A DNA stretch of 64,000 nt from Proteobacteria bacterium UBA664 (GTDB lineage: Bacteria > Pseudomonadota > Gammaproteobacteria > UBA7966), in the NCBI GenBank assembly GCA_002299125.1, contig DBNU01000061.1, positions 514 through 64,513 on the forward strand, read 5' to 3'. Below the pieces are notes generated by a model that ran no database searches, had not been told where the DNA came from, and worked only from the letters and a program-made list of their open reading frames with translations. Within the stretch, counting starts at the first letter, position 1, and each line of letters starts with the position of its first letter. Below, piece by piece: positions 31,408-40,505 of this stretch. The translations under genes and the position numbers were made by a program.

Positions 31408-31731
31408 TCAACCCTTGCCATCACTGCCGGTTGCGATCGGAAATACCCGATCCAGGCGCGCCAGCCGGAGCACGCTCAAGGCCGCCTCGCTCACCTCCGT
31501 GAGTTGGAAGTCTAGGCCGAGCTTGCGGGCAAGCTGGTAGGCCTCCACGAGGCTTGCGACACCCGAGCTGTCAATGTAGCTGACGGCCGCCATGCGCACA
31601 CTGACCGCGTGTCCTGCCCGGAGCTGCGCGAGCAGCGCGCTGCGCACGGTCTGGGAGCAGGAGAGGTCGATGTCTCCCTCCAGCGCGACGGTGGCGTGAT
31701 CCTCGACCAGGGTGGTCTGCGGTGTCGTCAT
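31408..31731 (-). CDS. STAS domain protein (anti-sigma factor antagonist, RsbV/SpoIIAA-like)
   Basis: The 107 aa product has the STAS pattern (VALEGDIDLSCSQTVRSAL...VSYIDSSGVASLVEA) and a conserved phosphorylatable Ser region (DSSG). It overlaps the upstream kinase by 4 nt. Confidence 0.7.
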   Translation of the reverse strand: MTTPQTTLVEDHATVALEGDIDLSCSQTVRSALLAQLRAGHAVSVRMAAVSYIDSSGVASLVEAYQLARKLGLDFQLTEVSEAALSVLRLARLDRVFPIATGSDGKG

Positions 31732-32180
31732 CGAGCGTCCCCCACCGGTTGCGCCGCGCCGCGCAGCCGCTTCAGCATGCGCAGCCAATTGCCATTCCCG
31801 CCTGCGCTGTGGCCGTAGCAGGACTCGTCCATCAAGGTGCGGATGAAATGGGTGCCCAGCCCACCCGGGCGGAGGTCATCGAGGGCCCGCGGACAGATGC
31901 GACTGAAATCCACCGGCGGCGCGAAGTCCTCCAGCAGCACTTCGATGCAGCCCGCATTATTTCCGATGTGCAGAACGATTTCACCGTCGTCGCAACCGGC
32001 GTAGGCATGCTGGATGACGTTCATGCAGGCCTCGTTGACGGCCAGGACGATGTCGGCGGCCTCGTCCTCAGCACAACCCAGCCCCAGCGTCGCAGACCGC
32101 ACGTGGGCGCGGATGGTGCGGAGGTTCTCCGGGCAGGCCTTCATGCGCCAGCTCGACACGGTCGGGGTGGACAGGCTCAT
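31728..32180 (-). CDS. anti-sigma regulatory factor serine protein kinase (RsbW/SpoIIAB-like HATPase_c)
   Basis: About 150 aa with an N-box (EACMNVIQHA) and a G-box (PGGLGTHFIRTLMDE). It is flanked by a PP2C phosphatase and a STAS protein, each with a 4 nt overlap. Confidence 0.75.
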   Translation of the reverse strand: MSLSTPTVSSWRMKACPENLRTIRAHVRSATLGLGCAEDEAADIVLAVNEACMNVIQHAYAGCDDGEIVLHIGNNAGCIEVLLEDFAPPVDFSRICPRALDDLRPGGLGTHFIRTLMDESCYGHSAGGNGNWLRMLKRLRGAAQPVGDAR

Positions 32181-33445
32181 CGGGGTGCCTCGAGCACGAG
32201 CACCGTGAGGTCGTCGCTCCAGTACGCCCCATTGTTGCGCAGGCATTCCACCAGTCGCGGCAATCGCAATCCAAGTGGCTCGGCCGCGACCAGCTCGAGC
32301 CAATGCGAAAGCCCATCGAGCCCCAGCGGTCGCCCCTTCAACCGGGCTTCGAGCAGGCCGTCGCTGTAGAGGTAGAGCGCCCCATCCGCGAGCGCGAGCT
32401 GTCGGGTCGGACAAGCGAGATCCGGCTCGATGCCGAGCGGCGGCGCGTCGCATTCCAGCACCTCCCAGGCCCCCGAGCGACGGTGCAGCAGGGCCGGTGG
32501 ATGGCCGGCGTTCGCCAGCCTCACCTCGCCGCTCTGCAGATCGAGCAGGCCGACCACGACGGTCACGAACATGCCCCGCGTGGCCGTCTGGAAGATCTCG
32601 CGGTTGACCCGCGCGAGCAGTTCCGAGGGGTCATCGATGCTACGGGCGAGACAGCGCAGGAGCCCGCAGGTCTGGGCCATCAACAGCGCGGCGTTCATGC
32701 CCTTGCCAGAGACATCCCCGATGCTGAAATAGCAGTGGTGCGCGCCGACCGGCTGGAAATCGAAGAAGTCCCCGGAGACGCCATCGGCCGCGAGGTTGAG
32801 TCCGGCGACCGGCAGACCGGTATCCGGATCGGGCAGGAGCCGCTCCTGGATCTCGCGGGCCAGATGCAGCTCGCGCCGAATGCGGTCGCGCTCCACCAGC
32901 GCGACGGTGGTGCGCGCATTGCGCACCGCCATGGCCGCAGCCGAGGCGAACATGCTGAGGAGATATTGATCGCGACTGCCGAAGAGCCCATCCGCGCTGC
33001 GCTTGTTGATGCACTCGACCGCACCGAGACATTCGTCCGCCAGCAGCAGCGGGGCACAGAGCAGCGAGCGGGTCTCGAAGCCCGTGCCGGCATCCACGGA
33101 GGCGGCGAAATCGGGATGTGCGCGCACATCCCGCACCATGAGGCAGCTCTTCTCCCGGACCGCGCGCCCGACGATGCCGTACCGTGCATCGATGCGCAGC
33201 CCCCGGATATCGACCGGGCCGACACAATCGCGACAGCGCAGGATGCGATCATCATCCTCGAGGAAGAAGATCGACGCCGCCTCGGCATCCAGGTGCGCCG
33301 CAATCCGCAGCAGCGCCGTGCGCAGCGTGGCGTCGAGATTGAGCGTACGGGCGAAACCGTCGGCCAGCTCGGCGAACAGCGCCGCCTGCGCCTCCAGCTC
33401 GGTCGCCCGCGCCGCCACCGGCGGTGCTTCGATCTCGCCATCCAT
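32177..33445 (-). CDS. GAF domain-containing PP2C/SpoIIE-type serine phosphatase (RsbU-like)
   Basis: An N-terminal GAF-like region is followed by a C-terminal SpoIIE/PP2C domain (GDVSGKGMNAALLMAQ...LYSDGL). The start is at the internal ATG (MDGEIEAPP). Confidence 0.8.
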   Translation of the reverse strand: MDGEIEAPPVAARATELEAQAALFAELADGFARTLNLDATLRTALLRIAAHLDAEAASIFFLEDDDRILRCRDCVGPVDIRGLRIDARYGIVGRAVREKSCLMVRDVRAHPDFAASVDAGTGFETRSLLCAPLLLADECLGAVECINKRSADGLFGSRDQYLLSMFASAAAMAVRNARTTVALVERDRIRRELHLAREIQERLLPDPDTGLPVAGLNLAADGVSGDFFDFQPVGAHHCYFSIGDVSGKGMNAALLMAQTCGLLRCLARSIDDPSELLARVNREIFQTATRGMFVTVVVGLLDLQSGEVRLANAGHPPALLHRRSGAWEVLECDAPPLGIEPDLACPTRQLALADGALYLYSDGLLEARLKGRPLGLDGLSHWLELVAAEPLGLRLPRLVECLRNNGAYWSDDLTVLVLEAPR

Positions 33446-33553
33446 CCACAGTCCTCCGCGCGGGCCGGGCACCACCACATGCAGGCCCGGACGGCCCGCA
33501 GCCGTTGAAGTTGAGCGTAGCCCGGGCCGAGGGCACCCGCGCGGCATCCCCTC

Positions 33554-33970
33554 TCAGCCAAGCCCTCGCCACGCCGCGAGCAGTGCCTGCGGATCCGGTG
33601 CCCGGCCCGCGCGGGCAGCCGCAAGGAGCTCTTCGTGAAGGCCCTCCAGCAGGGCGTGCTCGGCGTCCATGGGCGCGACACCGCGTGCCAGCAGTTGCTC
33701 CAGCGCGCTCCGTGCGCCGGGCGGGTGGTCGGCCCCCACCGCCTCGCGCACGGCCACGTGCAGGGACAGGTGCAGGAAGATCGCACTGCAGCCGGCATCG
33801 TCGCGCACGAGGAGTTCCGGATCGGCCAGCAGGTCATGGCACTCCGGATGCGCCGCCACGACGTCTGCAACCAGCGCCTGCAGCGGCGTCAGCACGTGGC
33901 CTGCCCGCGCGGCCGCCCAGGCATCGCGGAAGAAGGCACGCACCTCCCCGGGGCTCGATGGGTTCAACAT
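33554..33970 (-). CDS. DUF1841 family protein
   Basis: The 138 aa product resembles the DUF1841 family, recalled from memory. It overlaps the nth stop by 7 nt. Confidence 0.45.
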   Translation of the reverse strand: MLNPSSPGEVRAFFRDAWAAARAGHVLTPLQALVADVVAAHPECHDLLADPELLVRDDAGCSAIFLHLSLHVAVREAVGADHPPGARSALEQLLARGVAPMDAEHALLEGLHEELLAAARAGRAPDPQALLAAWRGLG

Positions 33971-34611
33971 GCGACGGCCATGGAATGGCGCTGCGGATAG
34001 CGGCAGAGATCAAGGACGGGGCAATCCGCACAGGCTGGTCGTCGCGCCTTGCAGACATAGCGCCCGTGCAGGATGAGCCAGTGGTGCGCGTGCTGGAGAT
34101 AGCGGGCGGGCACGCGCCGCATGAGCGCATCCTCCACCGCGCGCACGGTGCGCCCCGGGGCGAGCCCGGTGCGATTGGCCACGCGGAAGATGTGGGTGTC
34201 CACCGCCATGACCGGCAGGCCGTAAAGCGTGTTGAGCAGCACGTTGGCCGTCTTGCGACCGACCCCGGGGAGGCGCTCGAGCAGTTCACGCTCGGCCGGC
34301 ACGCCGCCACCGTACTCGCGGGCCAGAATCGTCGCGGTCTGCCACAGGTGTCGCGCCTTCGCGTTGCAGAGACCGAGGGTACGGATGTGCCGCGCGATGC
34401 CCTCCACACCCAGGGCGTGCACGGCTGCGGCATCCGGGGCCGCGGCGAACAGTGTCTCGGTGCAGCGGTTGACGGCGCGATCGGTTGATTGCGCCGACAA
34501 CAGCACGGCGGCGAGCAACTGGAACGGGGTCGCATAGTGCAACTCCGTCTGCGGCTCGGGATTGCGGGCCGCCAGACGCTCGAAGAAGGCCGCGCGCGCC
34601 GTAGGCGCCAT
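33964..34611 (-). CDS. nth: endonuclease III
   Basis: LHYATPFQLLAAVLLSAQSTD...GVGRKTANV...CxxxxxxCxxC at the C-terminus (CKARRPACADCPVLDLC, the 4Fe-4S cluster loop). The start was set at MAPTARAAFFERLA. Confidence 0.9.
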   Translation of the reverse strand: MAPTARAAFFERLAARNPEPQTELHYATPFQLLAAVLLSAQSTDRAVNRCTETLFAAAPDAAAVHALGVEGIARHIRTLGLCNAKARHLWQTATILAREYGGGVPAERELLERLPGVGRKTANVLLNTLYGLPVMAVDTHIFRVANRTGLAPGRTVRAVEDALMRRVPARYLQHAHHWLILHGRYVCKARRPACADCPVLDLCRYPQRHSMAVAC

Positions 34612-34804
34612 GCCGCGGGCGGAGCGTGGGTCCTCGCGATCGGTGCTGGTTCCGGAGGATGCGGACGAAGGCCTTCTCGAATGGCTCATGTCGGGGTCGA
34701 TGCCTCTGGCTACCTGGGCCGCTCACCGCGATGTCCGCGTCGGGCACAAGTCAGCATGGAAGCTTGATTATACTGCCGGCCCCGCTCCGCCAACGGCACA
34801 CCTC

Positions 34805-35992
34805 ATGGAACTCACCCAAATCCGCTTGCGCAAGGACCAGGACCGCCGTCTGCGTGGAGGACACCTCTGGGTTTACAGCAACGAGATCGACACCGCGATC
34901 AGCCCCCTCAGCGCCTTCACTGCCGGTCAGTGCGTGCAGGTGGTGAACTACATGGGGCGCGCGATCGCGAACGGCTACATCAACCCCAACTCGCTCATCT
35001 GTGTGCGCCTGATGAGCGGCCCGGACACGCACCCCTTCGATGCGGATCACTTGCGTGAGCGAGTGCGGCAGGCGCTGTCGCTGCGCGAGCGCTGCTTTAC
35101 CGAGCCGTTCTACCGGCTGGTGTTCGGGGAGTCCGATCTCCTGCCCGGGCTGGTCGTGGACCGCTACGGCGAGGTTTTGACGGTTCAGCTCAACAGTGCC
35201 GGCATGGAGGCAGCGCGCGAGCCGGTGCTGGATGCGCTCCGTGACGTCCTCCAGCCAGCCTGCATCCTGCTGCGCAACGACAGCCCGGCACGCCTCGTCG
35301 AGGGGCTGCCGATAAGTGTCGAGGTGGCCTTCGGCGATTGTCCCGATACCGTGATGATCCGCGAGAACGACGCGCGCTTCGAGGTCGCCATGGAGGGGGG
35401 GCAAAAGACCGGCTGGTATTTCGATCATCGCGAGAATCGCCGCCGCCTCAAGCGCTGGGTGACCGGGGCACGAGTGCTGGATGTGTGCAGCTACCAGGGG
35501 GCCTGGGGCATCCAGGCTGCCCTCGCCGGGGCCCGCGAGGTGCGCTGCGTGGACGCCTCCGATCACGCGCTGACGCGCGTATTCCTCAACGCCCGCCTGA
35601 ACGGCGTCGGGGCCCGGGTCGACACCGAGGCCGGTGACGCCTTCCGTGTGCTCAAGCAGTACGCTCAGGCGGGCGAACGCTTCGATGTCGTCGTGCTCGA
35701 TCCGCCCGCCTTCGTGAAGCGGCGCAAGGACCTGAACGGCGGTCTCGAGGCCTACCAGCGGCTGAATGGCCTCGCACTCTCACTCATCCCGAGTGGGGGC
35801 ATGCTGGTGTCCGCCTCCTGCTCTTCGCATGTGGACCCCGCCAGCTTCCTCAACGTGATCAGGCAGGCTGGAGTCAACCGCAATCGCCGCCTGCAATTGA
35901 TCGAACGCGGCCATCAGGGCCCCGATCATCCCGTGCACCCGACCATCCCGGAGACCGACTACCTCAAGTGCTACTGGTTGCGGGTGCTTTAG
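34805..35992 (+). CDS. rlmI: class I SAM-dependent 23S rRNA (cytosine-C5) methyltransferase, RlmI/RlmK-like
   Basis: PUA-like N-terminus with LRGGHLWVYSNEI, then a Rossmann region with DPPAF. The start is at the internal ATG (MELTQIRL). Confidence 0.75.
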   Translation: MELTQIRLRKDQDRRLRGGHLWVYSNEIDTAISPLSAFTAGQCVQVVNYMGRAIANGYINPNSLICVRLMSGPDTHPFDADHLRERVRQALSLRERCFTEPFYRLVFGESDLLPGLVVDRYGEVLTVQLNSAGMEAAREPVLDALRDVLQPACILLRNDSPARLVEGLPISVEVAFGDCPDTVMIRENDARFEVAMEGGQKTGWYFDHRENRRRLKRWVTGARVLDVCSYQGAWGIQAALAGAREVRCVDASDHALTRVFLNARLNGVGARVDTEAGDAFRVLKQYAQAGERFDVVVLDPPAFVKRRKDLNGGLEAYQRLNGLALSLIPSGGMLVSASCSSHVDPASFLNVIRQAGVNRNRRLQLIERGHQGPDHPVHPTIPETDYLKCYWLRVL

Positions 35993-36328
35993 GGAATCGC
36001 TGAACGGTGCCTACCTTGAGCTGCAAGTGGGGGGCTTGGCGATTCTGAGGCAGAGGGCCGGAGCGGGCAAAGCCCGGCGCATCGAGCCCTTGGCACCATG
36101 TCTCGGTCGGTACGCTGGCCGGTTGGGCATGCTGACGCGTCGGCCATGTCGCCCTCAATCTCGCACCGGAGGCGGTCGGCTGCTTCGTGCTCGAGCCGCC
36201 CGGCATGCAACTGCACCGGTGGAGCGAAGAGGCGCTCGTCACCCACACCGCCTACATTGGCGACCGCGACAGTCTCTATCCGCTCCGCGCGGGCGGGCGC
36301 GCCAGGCTTGCCCGGGTGAGCCAGGTCT

Positions 36329-39079
36329 CTACCCTGTCCATGCCGTCGTCATCAACACCACGAAATCCCGGCGCGACAGCACGGCCGTGCAGTCGCGCCA
36401 GTCCTTGTCGGGCGGTGCCATCGTGGCGGTGTAGCGAAGGTCGAAGCCGGTCGCCTCGCGCTGGGCGTCGATGTACTCGTCCATCTTCAGGCCCAGTGCC
36501 TCGATGTCGGCTATCCACTCGTCCTTGATGGTGTCCGGGACGGAACCGAACAGGTCGTAGCGGTCGCGCATGCGGTCCGAGAGGCGGTCGTAGATCTTCT
36601 CGTCGACGGTCTGCTCGTTGACCAGGTTGAGCATATCCACGGTGTCGCGCTTCTGGCCGAAGCGCTTGATGCGACCGATGCGCTGTTCGAGCCGAGTCGG
36701 GTTCCAGGGGAGATCGACGTTCACCAGCGTGCCCAGGGTCTGCAGGTTCAGGCCCTCGCAGGCGGCGTCCGTGGCCACCATGATCCGGATCTGGTGCTCG
36801 GCCACCCTCTTCTTGAGCGTCTCGCGTTCGCAAGACACGCTGTCGCCGCGCTGGTAGAGCCGGCTGCGGCCGGCACCGGCGTACAGACCAATCGCTTCGT
36901 CCGGGTAGCGCCGGGCGAGCTGCTCCACCACCCAGCGCGCGGTGTCGTAGTACTGGCTGAAGATGATCACACCCAGATCCAGCCACTTCTCGCGGGCCAG
37001 GTAGTACAGCAGTGCCGCCAGCTTGGGGTCGGACTCGATCCGCTCCAGCCGGTTCAGCAGCCGTTCCAGGGCCTCGCGCTCTTCGCCCGTTTCAACGGCC
37101 AGTTCTGCGTCGCCCTCTTCTTCCTCGTCGCGCAGGGTCTGGCCCTGCAGCAGCGCTCGCACGGTGTTCAGCCCGGCGTGGATCGACGAGCAGATGCGCT
37201 GCTCGACCAGGTTCTTCATGAACCCGCCGCCGCCCCCGCGACCCTGGCCACGCGCGCTCAACGCCTTGCCGAAGGCGCGTGCCTCACGGTACGCCTCGCG
37301 AAAGTCGTCGCTGGTGCGCAGGGCCTTGGCCTCGAACAACGCATCGAAGCCCTGGGGCTCGCGGACGAGCTGCCGATCGGGATGCACGTCCACGCCCACC
37401 CGTGCCAGCAGGCCGGCGTCCTCCAGGCTGACACGCTTGCGCAGCACCACGTGGCGCACCAGGGGGTTCTCGCGCTGGAAGAAGGTGGCGCCGGACACCT
37501 GACGGTGCAGTTCGTCTTCCAGGATCTCGCGCGTGTCCTCGCTCAGGTCGGCCAGCGACCGGGCGGTCTGGGTCTCGTCGTTCACCAGTCCCAGATCCTG
37601 GCGGATCGCGCTGAACAGCCGTCTTGCGCGCGGTTCGCGTGTGGAGTCCACCAACGGCAGCGGGGACCGCAGCAGCTCCCACGCATGTTCGGCCGAGGTC
37701 ACCTCCTGCCGGCCCGACAGAATCTCCAGCACCTCGCCAGCCCGGTGCCAGGCTGCGAAGTCGTTGCCCAGCACGAAGTTGCCGCGCCCCTGGTGCAGGA
37801 TGCCGATCAGGTCCCACAGGTCCTGCGGTTGGGTCTGGATGGGCGTCGCCGTGCCCAGCAACACATGCTCGGATCGGGCCGCGATCTCGCGCATGAAGGC
37901 CAGCAGTTCGTTCGGCGTGCCCGCGTCGGTGCCGAAGCCCTGCCGCGTGCGGGCCTTGTGCGCCTCGTCCAGGATCACCAGGCCAAAGCGCAGGCCCAGC
38001 AGATGCTGCTTCTCGGCCGACTGACGCATCATCAGCCCGGTCGAGACGATGCCGATGCGCAGCGGGCAGCGCGCGATGTGCTCGCGGCCGGCAGGCGAGA
38101 TGGCCCGTTCCTGGTCATCGAGCCAGACCTTGCGCACGGTGTCCCAGCGCGCGCACGGGATGCCCAGCTTGTCCAGCATCTCGGTCTGCCACTGCTCGCA
38201 CAGCGTGGCCGGGGCGAAGATCACCACCGGCCGCCGGGCTTGCTGCTCACGGTCGGCCAGCAGGCACAGCGTCAGCGCCGCGGTGCCGAGCGACAGCGTC
38301 TTGCCCAGGCCTACCTCGTCGGCCAGCAGCAGGCGCACCACCCTGTGCATCTGGTGGTGGCGCAGGCACTCGGTCACGAAGCCTTGCTGCCACGGCTGCA
38401 GCGCCAGGCCCTCGCGGTACAGCGGCGACTCGATCAGCGCGGCCGGCGCCACGTCGTCAACGCCCTCGATCTCATCGAACACCACCTCGCGGCGGTAGCC
38501 ACGCCGGTGCACCTCACGGATCACGGCCTCGGGCAGCGGGCGCGCGACGTTCCACAGGAAGTCGAACTCGCTCTCGATCCAGGCCACACCTTCGGGCGAC
38601 TCGTCTTCCCACAGGATCTCGTAGTGGCGCTGCCAGCCGCTGCGGGTCTCGTTCATCGAGCCGATGAAGCCCAGCCTGCGCCCATCGGCCAGATCGATGA
38701 CGCCGGCCTTGCCGTGCACGAAGCCGCACACGCTGTCGGGCGCCACGCGCACCGCCTGGCCGTGCCGCTGCAGGAAGGCATCCAGCCGGCGGTAGCGGTC
38801 GCGGTTCAGCAGTGCCTCGGCCTCGATGGCACCCTCGTTCCAGCGGCCCAGCATGCGGGCCTCGCGCAGTTGAGCCACCTTCAGGTCGTCGGGGTGGATG
38901 TCGACGTTGCACACGATGCGGACGTGCGGAATGCCTTCCAGCAGCTCGTGCGCCACCTCGAACAGCGAGCTGGTGAAGTAGCCCGCGATGCGCCGGTAGC
39001 TGCGCGCGCCCTGCAGGTGCTCCAGCAGAAAGCTGGCGTCCAGCCGGTGCGTGCGTGACGAGAAGCGCCGAATCGACAC
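36329..39079 (-). CDS. SNF2-family helicase with N-terminal phospholipase D-like (HKD) nuclease domain
   Basis: The HKD motif is FVHGKAGVIDLADGRRLGFIGSMNET. SNF2 motif I is LLADEVGLGKTL, motif II is LDEAHKAR, and helicase C motif VI is QRIGRIKRFGQ. It is the last gene of the co-directional island. Confidence 0.85.
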   Translation of the reverse strand: MSIRRFSSRTHRLDASFLLEHLQGARSYRRIAGYFTSSLFEVAHELLEGIPHVRIVCNVDIHPDDLKVAQLREARMLGRWNEGAIEAEALLNRDRYRRLDAFLQRHGQAVRVAPDSVCGFVHGKAGVIDLADGRRLGFIGSMNETRSGWQRHYEILWEDESPEGVAWIESEFDFLWNVARPLPEAVIREVHRRGYRREVVFDEIEGVDDVAPAALIESPLYREGLALQPWQQGFVTECLRHHQMHRVVRLLLADEVGLGKTLSLGTAALTLCLLADREQQARRPVVIFAPATLCEQWQTEMLDKLGIPCARWDTVRKVWLDDQERAISPAGREHIARCPLRIGIVSTGLMMRQSAEKQHLLGLRFGLVILDEAHKARTRQGFGTDAGTPNELLAFMREIAARSEHVLLGTATPIQTQPQDLWDLIGILHQGRGNFVLGNDFAAWHRAGEVLEILSGRQEVTSAEHAWELLRSPLPLVDSTREPRARRLFSAIRQDLGLVNDETQTARSLADLSEDTREILEDELHRQVSGATFFQRENPLVRHVVLRKRVSLEDAGLLARVGVDVHPDRQLVREPQGFDALFEAKALRTSDDFREAYREARAFGKALSARGQGRGGGGGFMKNLVEQRICSSIHAGLNTVRALLQGQTLRDEEEEGDAELAVETGEEREALERLLNRLERIESDPKLAALLYYLAREKWLDLGVIIFSQYYDTARWVVEQLARRYPDEAIGLYAGAGRSRLYQRGDSVSCERETLKKRVAEHQIRIMVATDAACEGLNLQTLGTLVNVDLPWNPTRLEQRIGRIKRFGQKRDTVDMLNLVNEQTVDEKIYDRLSDRMRDRYDLFGSVPDTIKDEWIADIEALGLKMDEYIDAQREATGFDLRYTATMAPPDKDWRDCTAVLSRRDFVVLMTTAWTG

Positions 39080-39083
39080 CGGT

Positions 39084-40505
39084 TCAGTGCCCCGGCCTCA
39101 CGCCGCCCTTGCGTCCGAGGCCGAAGCCCACACGGTATAGATCAGGCATGTCGACGCAGCCATCCTTCTTCATCTCCATCAGCCCTAGGCGTTGCAGGTC
39201 CTCGCGAAGCCCATCCCATCCGCGAGCCTGCGCGGGGAGTCGATCTGAAGGAATGCTCTGAGGTCCATCGGGAAATCTTGCGGACCAACGCGCCACGACC
39301 GCTTCGAATTCACCAGGGACGTTCATCCCTTTGAGCTCTGACAGCACTTCAGGAATCCACTGATAGTCCTCAGCAATTTCCTGAACACGAATCTCCGAGG
39401 CCTTCTGGATACCCCGTTTGATGCTCTCGTAATGCAGCGCGAACACATGCTCTGCATGGCGTTCAGCGGAATCCTCGGCGCTCTTCCGAATTGCAGCAAG
39501 GAACGAGCGGGGGGAGGTACGGCCTTGACCGTCGGCCAAATGGCTGACGGACCACGTATACGGTACTCCCCGTCGCTTGTCGCGACCCATCCACGGGCCC
39601 GCCAGACGCTCGAAGGCCTTGCGCTGCGCTTCCGATTCGATCTTCATTTCATCAGCAACGCGCCAGGTTCCTTGCTGATCACTGTGAGCGCACAGGGCAC
39701 GCATACGCTCGCCATGTACGGCGGGTGCATTGATCAAGCGTTGCCAGAGCAGCCCGTGCAAATCGTGGCGAGCCCAAGTCAATTCGGCCTTGGTCGCAGT
39801 GAGCTTGGAGGCATCGGGAAAGTTGAACACCGTGCGTTCAGCTTGGTCCTCCCGAAGGAAGACCTTGCCGTAGAGCCCGGGGAAGGACTTCAGCCAAAGG
39901 ATGGCCCGCAATAATCCACGTACGATCTCGTCCATCCGTTGCCAGATGCTGCTGGTGCGGTCCAGCGCGTCAAAGACGACAAGGCAACGCGGGTGTCTGG
40001 GCAGTTGCATCAGCCGTGCGGCCCCCTCGGGGTCGGACTTGAGCCAGGCAACCGTCTCGCCCCAGTCCTGGCAGGGAACTCTCTGACCGGACATATCTGC
40101 CACCCATCGAAGGATCACTGCACGCCACAAGTCATATGGATCACCGTCATGGTCCAGGAATGTCGCGAACACGTCGGCATTTGGGTAATTTGCGATGTTC
40201 TCGGTATTGGCGAAACCGAGCCTGACGGCGGCACCGGTGAGTTCGGATGCTCCGCTCCCCAGGAGCAGCCGCAACGAATCCAACTGCAAAGCAGCCGTCC
40301 AGAAGGACTTTCCCACGCCGCGGCCGCCGACGACGACATGCGCATCAAGACGCAGCGCCTTCAGGTGCGACGGCGGGACGTAGAGCAGCCCTGGCTCCGG
40401 TGTCTCGCCGAAACTGCTGGTCTCGAGCGGTGCGGCAAGAATGGCTGCCCGCAAGGCTTGAGCTTCCGTCAGGTTCTCAGTCATGGAGTATCCCCCTGAC
40501 TCCAT
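39084..40505 (-). CDS. uncharacterised P-loop NTPase (Walker A GGRGVGKS; candidate Walker B LVVFDALD)
   Basis: 473 aa. I recognise no family. It is tightly coupled to its neighbours, 4 nt from the SNF2 start and overlapping the ParA-like stop. Confidence 0.45.
   Translation of the reverse strand: MESGGYSMTENLTEAQALRAAILAAPLETSSFGETPEPGLLYVPPSHLKALRLDAHVVVGGRGVGKSFWTAALQLDSLRLLLGSGASELTGAAVRLGFANTENIANYPNADVFATFLDHDGDPYDLWRAVILRWVADMSGQRVPCQDWGETVAWLKSDPEGAARLMQLPRHPRCLVVFDALDRTSSIWQRMDEIVRGLLRAILWLKSFPGLYGKVFLREDQAERTVFNFPDASKLTATKAELTWARHDLHGLLWQRLINAPAVHGERMRALCAHSDQQGTWRVADEMKIESEAQRKAFERLAGPWMGRDKRRGVPYTWSVSHLADGQGRTSPRSFLAAIRKSAEDSAERHAEHVFALHYESIKRGIQKASEIRVQEIAEDYQWIPEVLSELKGMNVPGEFEAVVARWSARFPDGPQSIPSDRLPAQARGWDGLREDLQRLGLMEMKKDGCVDMPDLYRVGFGLGRKGGVRPGH

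Noticed and set aside
36276-36986. 236 aa minus-strand Arg/Pro/Gly-rich ORF
   Set aside because: It lies in an alternative frame over the 3' end of the SNF2-PLD gene and has extreme Arg/Pro/Gly bias typical of an off-frame GC artefact.
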